Shown: piece after piece, positions 30,315 through 40,424 of the stretch | Numbering within the stretch: the first letter of the stretch is position 1 | How the letters are laid out: the number at the start of each line of letters is the position of its first letter | Assembly (NCBI GenBank): GCA_965242965.1 | Contig: OZ251518.1 | Location: 1,152,001-1,216,000, forward strand | From: Candidatus Poribacteria bacterium | Lineage (GTDB): Bacteria; Poribacteria; WGA-4E; WGA-3G | Direction: 5' to 3' | Length of the DNA stretch: 64,000 bases | Made by a program: the position numbers and the translations under genes | Notes under the pieces: generated by a model | What the model was told of the DNA's origin: nothing | Database searches by the model: none | The model's input: only the letters and a program-made list of their open reading frames with translations

Positions 30315-30508
30315 GTAGGAGGGACATCCTTGTCCCGATAACGATTTTCTTCTGTAGTTTGTGATCGCCTGATCACAAACGGGTAGGAGGGACATCCTTG
30401 TCCCGATAAGCGAGTCGAGACCAGGAAGTCTCTCCTACCGAAGAATCGAGACCAGGAGGTCTCTCCTACGGTACTAACATGCATCGAGACCGGGAGGTCT
30501 CTCCTACC
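30315..30508. repeat. REP-like cluster
   Basis: GTAGGAGGGACATCCTTGTCCCGAT x2 and GAGACC..GGTCTCTCCTAC x3. Confidence 0.85.
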
Positions 30509-30650
30509 GGGGAAAACTGATTTGCACTGAAAAACTTGAACGCTACCTTGATTTCTGGTGAAAAATGTGATAAAATTTTATTGCGTGCTGACAAACCGTT
30601 AGCACCTAACCAATAGGTTAACAAATCTCAAACGACAGAAAGGAAATTGC

Positions 30651-32270
30651 GTGATAAACTTACAAAAACGTCCTGTGGTCCTCATCATCCGAGATGGATG
30701 GGGACATAATCCGTATCCAGAGTGTAACAACGTGAACGCTGTCCACCTCGCCAAAACGCCGGTAGATGACTGGCTGCGGGAGACGTATCCGCACGTGCTT
30801 ATCCATACCTCCGGCGAAGAAGTCGGCTTGCCGGCGGGAGTCATCGGCAACAGCGAGGTGGGGCATCAGAACATCGGCGCGGGACGCATCGTCAATCAAG
30901 AACTTCTGCGCATCAGCACGATGATTCACACAGGAGAATTCAACCGGAATAAGGTGCTTTTGGACGCGATCGCGCACGTCAAAAGCAACCGAACGCATCT
31001 ACACCTGATGGGATTGGCAAGCGATGCCGGCGTTCACAGTTCGCTGGAGCATCTCTACGGACTCCTCTCCCTCGCCAAGGCGAACGGCCTGAAACCAGAA
31101 CAGGTACTTATTCATAACTTCAGCGATGGACGCGACTGTCAGCCATACCTCGGGGCGCAGTTTTGTGAACAGATCGAAGCAAAATTGCAAGAAATCGGCA
31201 TCGGACGAATCGCCTCTGTCGTCGGACGTTACTACGCGATGGATAGGGATGACAGGTGGGCCCGGGTTGAAATCGCGTATCGCCTCCTAACCGAAGGCAC
31301 CGGCGAGCGCGCGACTGCAGCAACCGATGCCTATCGCCGGTATTACGAAAATCCCGACGACGCAAACCGAAAAGGCGACGAATTCATCCGGCCCACGGCG
31401 ATTGTTGATGAAAACGGCGAACTCCTCCCACGAATCTCTGATGGCGACGCTGTCGTCTTCTACAATTTCCGTGGAGACAGACCGCGTGAACTCGCTAAAG
31501 CGTTCTGCCTCGACACCTTCCCGTTTGAAGCGGAAGGGAAGGACGGCGTGACACGGCAGATGGGTTTTAAACGGAATTGCAAAATCAACGTTAAGTTTGT
31601 TACAATGACAGAATACGAACAGGGACTGCCTGTCGAAACCGCGGTCAAAAAGCCGCCAAAGATGGTGAATACCCTCGGGGCTTATGTGAGTGCGGCGGGC
31701 TTAACGCAATTCCGATGCGCCGAAACAGAGAAATTTCCGCACGTGACATTCTTTTTTAACGATTATCGCGATGAGCCTTATCCGGGAGAAGAACGACAAA
31801 TCATCGCCTCGCCGCGCGATGTTACCACCTATGACCAGGTGCCGGAGATGTCGGCTCCCGGTGTGACAGAGGAGATGTTGCGACGAATCGCCTCTGACAA
31901 ATATGCGCTAATCGTGCTGAACTACGCAAACGGCGACATGGTGGGACATACCGGCTCGCTGAATGCCGCCATCAAAGCGGTTGAGGCGGTGGATAGCGGC
32001 GTTGGCAAAATCGTTGACGCGGTCCTGAAAAAGGGCGGCGCGCTCATCGTCACGGCAGACCACGGCAATTGCGAGCAGATGATTGATGCAGAAACGGGCG
32101 GCATCCACACCGCGCATACCACTTACGACGTGGATTTAATCCTCGTTGATGATAGGTTCAAAGGACGGAAACTCCGCACTGATGGCAGACTTGCCGACAT
32201 TGCCCCCACGGCTCTCCGATTGCTCGGACTGGAGCAGCCCGCGGAAATGACTGGGGTGTCACTCTTATAA
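30651..32270 (+). CDS. gpmI: 2,3-BPG-independent phosphoglycerate mutase
   Basis: DGWG, GNSEVGH, GRYYAMDRD, AETEK, DMVGH and TADHGN. Confidence 0.95.
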   Translation: MINLQKRPVVLIIRDGWGHNPYPECNNVNAVHLAKTPVDDWLRETYPHVLIHTSGEEVGLPAGVIGNSEVGHQNIGAGRIVNQELLRISTMIHTGEFNRNKVLLDAIAHVKSNRTHLHLMGLASDAGVHSSLEHLYGLLSLAKANGLKPEQVLIHNFSDGRDCQPYLGAQFCEQIEAKLQEIGIGRIASVVGRYYAMDRDDRWARVEIAYRLLTEGTGERATAATDAYRRYYENPDDANRKGDEFIRPTAIVDENGELLPRISDGDAVVFYNFRGDRPRELAKAFCLDTFPFEAEGKDGVTRQMGFKRNCKINVKFVTMTEYEQGLPVETAVKKPPKMVNTLGAYVSAAGLTQFRCAETEKFPHVTFFFNDYRDEPYPGEERQIIASPRDVTTYDQVPEMSAPGVTEEMLRRIASDKYALIVLNYANGDMVGHTGSLNAAIKAVEAVDSGVGKIVDAVLKKGGALIVTADHGNCEQMIDAETGGIHTAHTTYDVDLILVDDRFKGRKLRTDGRLADIAPTALRLLGLEQPAEMTGVSLL

Positions 32271-32414
32271 ACGCGCAGGCACGATACCCCGGTAGGCGAG
32301 ACCTCCTGGTCTCGATGCTCGGCAGGCGAACACCCCGGTAGGCGAGACCTCCTGGTCTCGATGCCCGGCAGGCGCGACCGCCTAGTCGCGATACGTGAAA
32401 AAGGAGATATCGCA

Positions 32415-33401
32415 ATGATTAACCAGAAAGTTCGCGAAGATTTCAGGCTCTTCGCAGGGCGTGCGAACCCAGCGTTGGCGCAGGAAATCGCCGCAATTCT
32501 CAGCGTGGAACTCGGAAAAGTCTCAATCGGCCCCTTTCCGAATACCGAAACGCGCGTCCAGATTGAGGAAAGCATTCGCGGGACAGACATCTATCTCGTC
32601 CAACCGACGTGCGAACCGGCTAACGAAAATCTGATGGAGCTGCTCATCACTATTGACGCGATGAAGCGGGCATCGGCGCGGCAAATTACCGCAATCGTCC
32701 CTTACTTTGGATACGCACGGCAGGACCACAAGACGACAGGCCGTGAACCGATTAGCGCGAAACTTGTCGCGAATCTCTTGACAACTGCCGGTGCGAACCG
32801 CGTCGTCGCCATCGATCTCCACGTTCCGCAGATTCAGGCGTTCTTTGATATCCCCATGGATCACCTGACCGCCGTGACGACGCTGGCGAACTACTTCAAA
32901 GAGAAACAGGTCGAAAACGGTGTCGTTGTCGCACCGGATGCTGGCCGCGCGAAACTCGCCGAGAAATACGCCGATATCCTCGGACTGCCGTTAGCTATCA
33001 TGCACAAGCGGCGCAGCGGAGTTGATGGCCAACAGGTAGAATTCGTTGAATTGGTAGGAGAGATTTCTGGCAAAACTCCGATTGTTATTGACGACGAGAT
33101 TGCCACGGGCGGGAGCATTCATCAGCAGACAAAGGCACTCGCCGACGCGGGCGCGAATCCTGCCTACGTGAGCATCGCGCACGCAGTGCTCGTCGGACCC
33201 GCCTTGGAGCGGCTGAAGGACCCGGTTATGCGCGAAATCGTCACAACCAATACGATTCCTATTCCACAGGAGAAAGAACTGAACGGGAAAGTCAAGGTGC
33301 TTTCCATCGCGCCGCTACTTGCCGAAGCGATTCTGCGCATCCACCACCACCGTTCTGTCAGCCAAGTCTTCTTGGAGCAGAAGTTGATTTTCCCGGTTTA
33401 A
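32415..33401 (+). CDS. prs: Ribose-phosphate pyrophosphokinase
   Basis: PYFGYARQD, DLHVPQIQ, VAPDAG and DDEIATGG; AGGAG RBS. Confidence 0.95.
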   Translation: MINQKVREDFRLFAGRANPALAQEIAAILSVELGKVSIGPFPNTETRVQIEESIRGTDIYLVQPTCEPANENLMELLITIDAMKRASARQITAIVPYFGYARQDHKTTGREPISAKLVANLLTTAGANRVVAIDLHVPQIQAFFDIPMDHLTAVTTLANYFKEKQVENGVVVAPDAGRAKLAEKYADILGLPLAIMHKRRSGVDGQQVEFVELVGEISGKTPIVIDDEIATGGSIHQQTKALADAGANPAYVSIAHAVLVGPALERLKDPVMREIVTTNTIPIPQEKELNGKVKVLSIAPLLAEAILRIHHHRSVSQVFLEQKLIFPV

Positions 33402-33548
33402 CCGAGGGTATTTCATATCTCCGTTTCGGTAGTTATCCCGCCTTAGAGAGCGGGCGAATACCGGAAGGCATTGGGCCACCTCTGTAGTTCGAGATCGCCC
33501 GATCTCGAACGGGTCAGGATCAGGCGATCCTGACCTACAGAGGGGATG

Positions 33549-33616
33549 CTGCGCATCCACCACCGTTCTGTCAGCCAAGTCTTCTTGGAGCAGAAGTTGA
33601 TTTTCCCGGTTTAACC
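33549..33616 (+). repeat. Duplicated prs 3' end
   Basis: Identical to 33333-33403 except for one missing CAC; a TIR end plus REP hairpins lie between the copies. Confidence 0.9.
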
Positions 33617-33693
33617 CCAAAATTTTACCGATGTGTCAGGGCGGATGTCTCTCCGCCCGACACATTAGGGAACCTGTCCCTCGTCAAGTCAAG

Positions 33694-34860
33694 ATGACAA
33701 AAAAACTCGCCGTAACCCCCATTCTTTACCTCAGCCACTGCGGCTCCAGCATCGGCGGCGGCGAAAGGCAGCTCTATTATCTCGTCACAAACCTAGATAG
33801 GAAACGCTATCACCCGCTTGTTGTCTGTCCGGATGACGGCATTTTTGCCGAGCAGTTAAGAAGTGCCGCTATCCCCACAACAATTCTTGATTTGCCGCCG
33901 TGGCGGAAGGCAAAATCGCGCCTCACACGTCACAGTGCCGCCGCAAAACTTGCCGATTTCGCGAAAAAGCACAACGTGCAACTCGTGCATACTTCGGATT
34001 CATGGCTGAACCCCTATCTTTGGCAGCTCAATAAGCAGTTGAACATTCCGGTCATTTCACACGTGCGTAACCTCCTCACCCCTGCGCAGGTGCGGAAATA
34101 CAACTTTGACCGGATAGATGGGATAGTTGCTATTTCCGAACAGAGCAGGGCCCCGCTCATCCAAGCAGGGATTCCGCCTGAAAACATTGAGGTTATTCTG
34201 AATTGCGTTGATTTGTCTGTTTTTCGTCCGCCAAGTGAAGACGTTGAGACAGGGAGGGCTCGCCTACAAGAGATTCGTCCTTTTGTCGTCGGCATAGTCG
34301 GGAGAATTGAACCCTTCAAACGCCAAAAGACATTCGTTGAAATAGCGGCGCAGGTTGCCGCGCGGTGCGAAAACGTTCGTTTTCATATCATCGGGGAGGC
34401 TTTGGATACACCGGAACACCGTGCCTACCAACGCGAGGTTCGTCAATTGGTGGCTGAACTTCACTTAAACGAGCGGCTCGTTTTCACAGGCCATCGCACC
34501 GATATGCCGAAGGCGATGCAGGAGTTGCATCTACTCGTTACGCTTTCGGCAGGAAGTGTTATCGCCGAAGCGATGGCGGCAGGGAAACCTGTCATCGGCA
34601 CGCCTATCGGCAGCACTGCAGAAATGATTGTCAACGGCGTGACAGGATGGGTGATGCCGTTAGAAATGCGAGAGACAACAGGTGTTGAGGGGATTGCGGA
34701 CAGAATTGTCCACCTCGCTGAAGACAGTTTTCTCTGTGAAAAAATGGGGAGTGCTGCCCGGAAGCGCGCGGAAGAAGTGTTCGGTATTGGGACGCATGTC
34801 AGAAAGGTGCAGGGAATTTATGCGGACTTGCTAAGGCGCAGACAGGACGGCCGACTATAG
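33694..34860 (+). CDS. GT4-family glycosyltransferase
   Basis: GGGER, VGRIEPFKRQ and EAMAAGKPVI. Confidence 0.9.
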   Translation: MTKKLAVTPILYLSHCGSSIGGGERQLYYLVTNLDRKRYHPLVVCPDDGIFAEQLRSAAIPTTILDLPPWRKAKSRLTRHSAAAKLADFAKKHNVQLVHTSDSWLNPYLWQLNKQLNIPVISHVRNLLTPAQVRKYNFDRIDGIVAISEQSRAPLIQAGIPPENIEVILNCVDLSVFRPPSEDVETGRARLQEIRPFVVGIVGRIEPFKRQKTFVEIAAQVAARCENVRFHIIGEALDTPEHRAYQREVRQLVAELHLNERLVFTGHRTDMPKAMQELHLLVTLSAGSVIAEAMAAGKPVIGTPIGSTAEMIVNGVTGWVMPLEMRETTGVEGIADRIVHLAEDSFLCEKMGSAARKRAEEVFGIGTHVRKVQGIYADLLRRRQDGRL

Positions 34861-35019
34861 ACATCTACGCTTACATGAAAGTCCTTCAATTCAATAAAAC
34901 TGAAATAACGTATAAGCATTATACCCTATCTCATGCCAAATGTCACGTGCAATTTTGTTTCTCTATTCCGGTGGGCGCGGTTTGAAACCGCGCCCACCGC
35001 GGTTGGTTTTGCGGGTGTG

Positions 35020-35589
35020 CTACTCCGCTGCATCGTCGGATGACTGCGAACGTGCGCGCGATCCGTTTAATTCGCTGCGCAGTTGCGTGACTTCGGTTTC
35101 CAACAGGCTAATCCGTTCTTGGAGTTGCGCGTTGATAACTTCTGCCTGCGCGCGGGCACGTTGAGCTTCCTCGCGCTCGTGCAGAGCTTCCTCACGCTCG
35201 TGCCGAACTTTCTCGCGCTCGCGTTCCAGCTCCGCGCTGACAGCGGCGGCAAGAGCCTCTGCCTTTTCACGGCGGCGCTTTTCTCGTAAATACATGATAC
35301 CCTCCCACGCCAAACACGGCGCAGCAATCCCGAACGTTAAACCGACACCATAGTGGTAGAGGAAACTCCCAATTTGCCCAAGCACTTCCAAGACGATGGA
35401 TAACCACGTCACCGGAAAAATCCGGGCAGCGATCACACACGGAATAGCGATGAGCATCACCGCACAAAACGTATAGCCAAAGGCGGCGCGCGCACGGCGT
35501 TGCCACGCCTCCGGAATCTCACCTAGGAAATTGGGGGACTTGCCACTGCGGTGTTCAGCGTTTTCTTCAGATTCTCGTTCTTCTTTCAA
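35020..35589 (-). CDS. Hypothetical membrane protein with a coiled-coil tail
   Basis: Hydrophobic segments followed by an E/R-rich heptad region; own TTGACA-17-TATAAT promoter at 35633-35661. Confidence 0.7.
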   Translation of the reverse strand: MKEERESEENAEHRSGKSPNFLGEIPEAWQRRARAAFGYTFCAVMLIAIPCVIAARIFPVTWLSIVLEVLGQIGSFLYHYGVGLTFGIAAPCLAWEGIMYLREKRRREKAEALAAAVSAELEREREKVRHEREEALHEREEAQRARAQAEVINAQLQERISLLETEVTQLRSELNGSRARSQSSDDAAE

Positions 35590-35794
35590 ATGAATAGATT
35601 CCTTAACAATGAATATGAGCTAGCATACGAGAATTATACCCTATCTCACGCGAAATGTCAATTTGATTTTCGTTTTGATTTGAGCCCAGTAGGTCTCGCC
35701 TACCGGGGTGCATCGAGACCGGGAGGGCTCTCCTACCGGCATGCATCGAGACCGGGAGGTCTCTCCTACTGGGGGAAACGAAATCGGCCTGTCG

Positions 35795-38700
35795 CTACGG
35801 CGCGAGCTCTAGCACCGACTGCTCCTGCGCGATGATTAATGCCGATTGCGATTCCGCTGTCATCCCCGGCAACACGATGCCTTTTGCTGTCGCCACTTTC
35901 AATTCCTTCAGGAGATTGCACCGCGACTGCTTCCCACCGTCAATGCTCGGCTCCGCGCTAAGCAACTCACGCAACGTCTGCATCGCCGTAAGGATAGACG
36001 CATCAGTAATGCCTAACACCTCTGTCAGCAACATCTCGTCGAGACGCTTGCGCACCGCATCATCCCAACACTCGTTGAACGGTAGCATCCGCTCAAACTT
36101 CAATTCCTCAAAAACTGCTTCCGATGCCGTTAACTGCGCGTCGGTTAACTGACGCACATCTAGCGTTGGTAGTGTGCGCAACGTCATCAACGATAGACGG
36201 CCGCGCCCAACCTGCTGTTTGCTACTATGAAGCCAGTGGCAGAGCAAACCTAACGTGGAATTGCACCAGAGCGTCCACGGAATCTCATAACGCGGATTCT
36301 GAAATGCGACATTCTTGATGGAACTCACGCCGAGTGCTGGTTTCTCCGTGAAAAGAGCCGCTACGGAATTCGCATTAAACTGCAAATCCAGATTGTAATG
36401 GGCGCGGCTATTTCGCGCCAAGAGTTTTTGCAATTTGGCGGTAGAATTCGGCCGTAGGATTCCGTGTGCATCCGGTGCGACAATCATGGCTCGCTGCAAA
36501 GGGGTGTTCAACTTCCACAAAAATGGATAGAGGTTATTGCCGGTGCACCCAATTTCCAGGTCAAACGCCCCACGGCCCCCATCTCCAAAAACATCCAAAG
36601 ATGACATCCCAAGGGTTGCAATGTCCTCAACACGGCAAATCGGAATCTCCTGTCCGGTGGCGAGAGTTGGCAACCAGAGTGTGCCTTCGGCGAGTAATTG
36701 GCCGCACTGAAGCAATTCCATTGCCTTAACACGGGATGCCACCCATTCGGATTTTTCAGACAGTGGACAGTTAAGCATCCATCCTACCGTGTCCTCACCG
36801 AGACGAAGGATGTCCCCGCCGCTTAGCAAGTCTTCAAGTCGTCTTGTGCCTTCATTGTTGTGGATGATGTCCGCGATAACTGTCGCCTCCAGCGAACTGC
36901 CGGGGCGGTGGTTCAAAGAGACAAACTTTCCGCGGCCTGTGGATCCGCCTTTGCCCTTGGTGGCCACTATCATGCACTCTGCCATGTTTGTATCCGCAGA
37001 GAAAGCTCTACCGGTGCCTTTCGCTTGCGCGATAGTCACCACTATCACATCGCGATATTCAGTTGCGAACATGTCGCGCATTTTCTGGCAGTGCGGCGAT
37101 GCCAATACCGTCACTGGCAGAATAAAACCGAGTGTTCCATCGGGTGCCAACATTTTATCGGCGAGATCTACGAAATAGCAGCCGAGTCCTGCCATTCCGT
37201 GCGTGACGCGCGTGTTTTTCTCGCGCAGTGCTTGACGCATCTCCTTGGCATCTTCTTCCGGTCGTTCGCTTCCCTCAAACACCCCTTTCGGCACTTCGTT
37301 GTTGCTGTCGGCGTTCGGCTTCGTAAACGGCGGATTCTGAATGACGATATCAAATTCGCCGTGCTTGAACGCGCGATTTATCGCGACGGTGGTATGCTCT
37401 TCGCCGCCGAGTTGCACCGCTTCGTTATCCATAGTCGGTAGGAGCAGTTCATTATCGATTAATTCTAGCGAACCGACAGCGTAACTTCCATTCGGCTGTT
37501 TTCCGTAGGCGGCGGTGACGACGCGGGTGCTTCCGATTTTGATGTCGGGCTGCGCGCTGGCGAGGACAGCGGTGGTGATATGCGTCGCGTTCGGCATCAC
37601 ATCGCTGCCGCCGATGTTCTCTTCCAACATCTGCCGGTGGATATCGGCACTGTTCTTGTCTCCTTGATGTTCGTATAACTGCTGGAGGCGTTGGTATACG
37701 CCGTTGAGCAATGCCCCGGTGCCGCAGGCGAAATCGGCGATTTTCGGGAGATGCGCAAACTGCCCGGAGGCACTGTTTGAAACCGCGCCTACCGGTGGAG
37801 ATGGCAGAACTAACGCCGAGAGGAGAGTCGCCGATGTGGGCAGCGTGTAGTTCGCCTTGATGTATTTCCTGTCAACGATGAGTTTTTGGAATACCGTGCC
37901 GGCGAGTTCGTGAATCTGCGCGAGCCCTGTCTGCACCAAATCGTTCGCCGCATCACACAAAATGCGGAGAACTTGGTGAACGAGCCTGTCATCCACAGAC
38001 AGTGCCTCAACGAGCCGTAGTGCATCCTCGAAGATAGGACGGTAGTTCACTTTCAGAATTTTCTCCCAGTCTCGGACAACGGCGACATAGTCCATGTCCC
38101 GGAGGTGATTGCTCAGCGAGTGGACAGTTTCCAGTTCCGGTTTACCGGCGAGTGACGATTGGAAGACGAAGGCATCGGTAATAATGAGCATCGCCATGCG
38201 GTAGGTTTGCTCGCCGGCTCCTTGGTGCAGGATACCCTCAATAGCGTTTGCAATCCCGGGTCTTCCTTCACTTGCCTTGTCAAGCAGTTGCGCGGCGATG
38301 TTAATGTTGCGTTCCATCTCTCTGGCGGCTGCGTCAATGCGTTCGCTTGGGACTGCGCCGACGTGGAGCGCGTTGGCAATATCGGCGACGGTGCCTTTCG
38401 CCCACCCCTTCCTCGGGAATTGATAACGTTCGCCGCTGCTCCTGCCGATGAGCAGATAGAGGAGTTCATCAGTTTCGCGGAGTTTCCGTTCAATATTGGC
38501 ACCGGCAGTATCCTTGAACCAGTTGGGATAGCGGATGGCCATCACGGTGTGCTGATGCTTTTTAGTTTCAATGTAGTCGGCTTCCAATTCGCGGCCGATG
38601 TGTCCCGCGGTCTGCTCGCGCACGATTTTTTCGTGGATGGAGGCGTATTTTGCTTCAATGGCGACAGGTTCGTGTCCCTTTTTCGTCATGAAGATGTCCG

Positions 38701-38818
38701 GTTCGGTCTGGCTATCTAGGAAGGGCCGCTGTTGGGCTTCAATTTTCCAACTATAGCACATCCCTCTTAAAATGCGGACGAGTTCACCGGTAATGACGTT
38801 TTCGTTTTGGTGGCTCAT
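35795..38818 (-). CDS. Single-chain (Type IIG-like) restriction-modification enzyme with amino-methyltransferase
   Basis: N-terminal PD..EAK nuclease motif, motif I DFACGTG and motif IV QNPPF. Confidence 0.85.
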   Translation of the reverse strand: MSHQNENVITGELVRILRGMCYSWKIEAQQRPFLDSQTEPDIFMTKKGHEPVAIEAKYASIHEKIVREQTAGHIGRELEADYIETKKHQHTVMAIRYPNWFKDTAGANIERKLRETDELLYLLIGRSSGERYQFPRKGWAKGTVADIANALHVGAVPSERIDAAAREMERNINIAAQLLDKASEGRPGIANAIEGILHQGAGEQTYRMAMLIITDAFVFQSSLAGKPELETVHSLSNHLRDMDYVAVVRDWEKILKVNYRPIFEDALRLVEALSVDDRLVHQVLRILCDAANDLVQTGLAQIHELAGTVFQKLIVDRKYIKANYTLPTSATLLSALVLPSPPVGAVSNSASGQFAHLPKIADFACGTGALLNGVYQRLQQLYEHQGDKNSADIHRQMLEENIGGSDVMPNATHITTAVLASAQPDIKIGSTRVVTAAYGKQPNGSYAVGSLELIDNELLLPTMDNEAVQLGGEEHTTVAINRAFKHGEFDIVIQNPPFTKPNADSNNEVPKGVFEGSERPEEDAKEMRQALREKNTRVTHGMAGLGCYFVDLADKMLAPDGTLGFILPVTVLASPHCQKMRDMFATEYRDVIVVTIAQAKGTGRAFSADTNMAECMIVATKGKGGSTGRGKFVSLNHRPGSSLEATVIADIIHNNEGTRRLEDLLSGGDILRLGEDTVGWMLNCPLSEKSEWVASRVKAMELLQCGQLLAEGTLWLPTLATGQEIPICRVEDIATLGMSSLDVFGDGGRGAFDLEIGCTGNNLYPFLWKLNTPLQRAMIVAPDAHGILRPNSTAKLQKLLARNSRAHYNLDLQFNANSVAALFTEKPALGVSSIKNVAFQNPRYEIPWTLWCNSTLGLLCHWLHSSKQQVGRGRLSLMTLRTLPTLDVRQLTDAQLTASEAVFEELKFERMLPFNECWDDAVRKRLDEMLLTEVLGITDASILTAMQTLRELLSAEPSIDGGKQSRCNLLKELKVATAKGIVLPGMTAESQSALIIAQEQSVLELAP

Positions 38819-38964
38819 GAGATGCCTTTTTTAGCGTTAATCGGCGAGGCGCGGTTTCAAACCGCGCTTACCATTGATTTTTTTTACGGATTTCAGGTAT
38901 AATAAAAATATCATCCATAGGCGCGACCCAGTCGCGATTTAACAACTCTAGGAGGAGCGATACC

Positions 38965-39825
38965 ATGCTCACTCAGGAACAATTCGATTTTTACAACGAA
39001 AACGGCTACATCGGCGTTGAAGCAGTGCTAACCGACGAAGAAGTCCACGCGCTGCGCCGGGTTACCGACGAATTTGTGGAGAAATCCAGGGAAGTTACAG
39101 CACATACCGACATCTTCGATCTGGAGCCGGGGCACACCGCCGCGAACCCGCGCGTGCGCCGCATCAAAAGCCCAGGACTCTACCATACCGTTTATGACAG
39201 CACCCTGCGTCATCCTAAAATTCTGGACATCGTCGCCCAACTCATCGGGCCCGGGATTCGGTATAACGGGCATAAACTGAACATGAAGTATCCCGAATTC
39301 GGCAGTCCGGTGGAGTGGCATCAGGATTGGGCGTTCTACCCGCACACGAACGATGATCTACTCGCTGTCGGGGTAGTCATTGACGATATGACGGTGGAAA
39401 ACGGCGCGCTGATGATTCTTCCCGGTTCGCATAAGGGCCCCACCTTGAATCATCACCAGAACGGCGCGTTTATCGGCGCGGTAACCGAGCCCAACTTCAC
39501 ACCGGAAGGAGCGGTACCCGTTGAATTGAAGGCGGGTGGGATTACCCTCCACCACGTCCGAGCGTTGCACGGTTCTGCACCGAATACCTCCGATAAGCCG
39601 CGGCGTTTGTTGCTTTTCCAATACTGCGCTGTGGATGCGTGGCCCTTGAAGGGGATTCCAGACTGGGATAGTTTCAACGAATTCATCATCCGCGGCGAAC
39701 CGACGAACCAGCCGCGCATGGTTGCAGCACCCGTGCGGATGCCGGAACCCTATTCGGAGAAGAAGGGCTCAATTTATGAAGTGCAATCGCTGCTTGAAAA
39801 TCCGCTCTACGCGCAGCAGCAGTGA
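38965..39825 (+). CDS. Phytanoyl-CoA dioxygenase family (Fe/2OG)
   Basis: WHQD, ENGAL..PGSHK and LHGSAPN..R. Confidence 0.92.
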   Translation: MLTQEQFDFYNENGYIGVEAVLTDEEVHALRRVTDEFVEKSREVTAHTDIFDLEPGHTAANPRVRRIKSPGLYHTVYDSTLRHPKILDIVAQLIGPGIRYNGHKLNMKYPEFGSPVEWHQDWAFYPHTNDDLLAVGVVIDDMTVENGALMILPGSHKGPTLNHHQNGAFIGAVTEPNFTPEGAVPVELKAGGITLHHVRALHGSAPNTSDKPRRLLLFQYCAVDAWPLKGIPDWDSFNEFIIRGEPTNQPRMVAAPVRMPEPYSEKKGSIYEVQSLLENPLYAQQQ

Positions 39826-39840
39826 CAGAAGAAACCGCGC

Positions 39841-40149
39841 CTACGGGTGTCTATTTTGTGGAAATACCGCCGGTACCTCAGCGAAAGCTTTCTGATTCAC
39901 AAATTTCGGCGGAGCGGCCACGTCGCAGACTTCAGCTATTTTCCACTGGTGATGGACACCGCGCACGCTTTGAAACTTATAGATGCAACGCTCTTCCGGT
40001 GAAAAGAACCATACCCACTCAACTTCCGGCGGCACTTCGTCGTTTTGGAGATGAAAAACCGCGCGCTCAAGAGTGACAGCCCAGGCTTGTACCTGCGGGT
40101 GAACCTTTCTCACAGGGAACATGAGTGGCAAAATATCTATAAATTTCAT
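39841..40149 (-). CDS. Hypothetical protein
   Basis: 102-aa ORF in non-repeat DNA; its stop comes from a REP GTAG. Confidence 0.45.
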   Translation of the reverse strand: MKFIDILPLMFPVRKVHPQVQAWAVTLERAVFHLQNDEVPPEVEWVWFFSPEERCIYKFQSVRGVHHQWKIAEVCDVAAPPKFVNQKAFAEVPAVFPQNRHP

Positions 40150-40424
40150 ATTTTTGTTGTTCGCAAGGCGTTCGGTTTTTCGTTATTCGCGAGGCGTTCG
40201 GTTAGGTTTATTGGTATAATGCCGTTTGTTGACGTAGAACGGAAATCGAGACCGGGAGGTCTCTCCTACCAAGAGGGCAGGCGGTGTAATGCCGTTTGTC
40301 GACGTAAAGCCGTCTCCGCCGTTGGCGATGACTACATTTTTAAAGATTCAGGTAGGCGCGCCTTGGAAGCGCGCCTACCTGAAAATCAAGAAAAGACAGG
40401 CAAAGCCTATCCTTCCGTGCCGCG

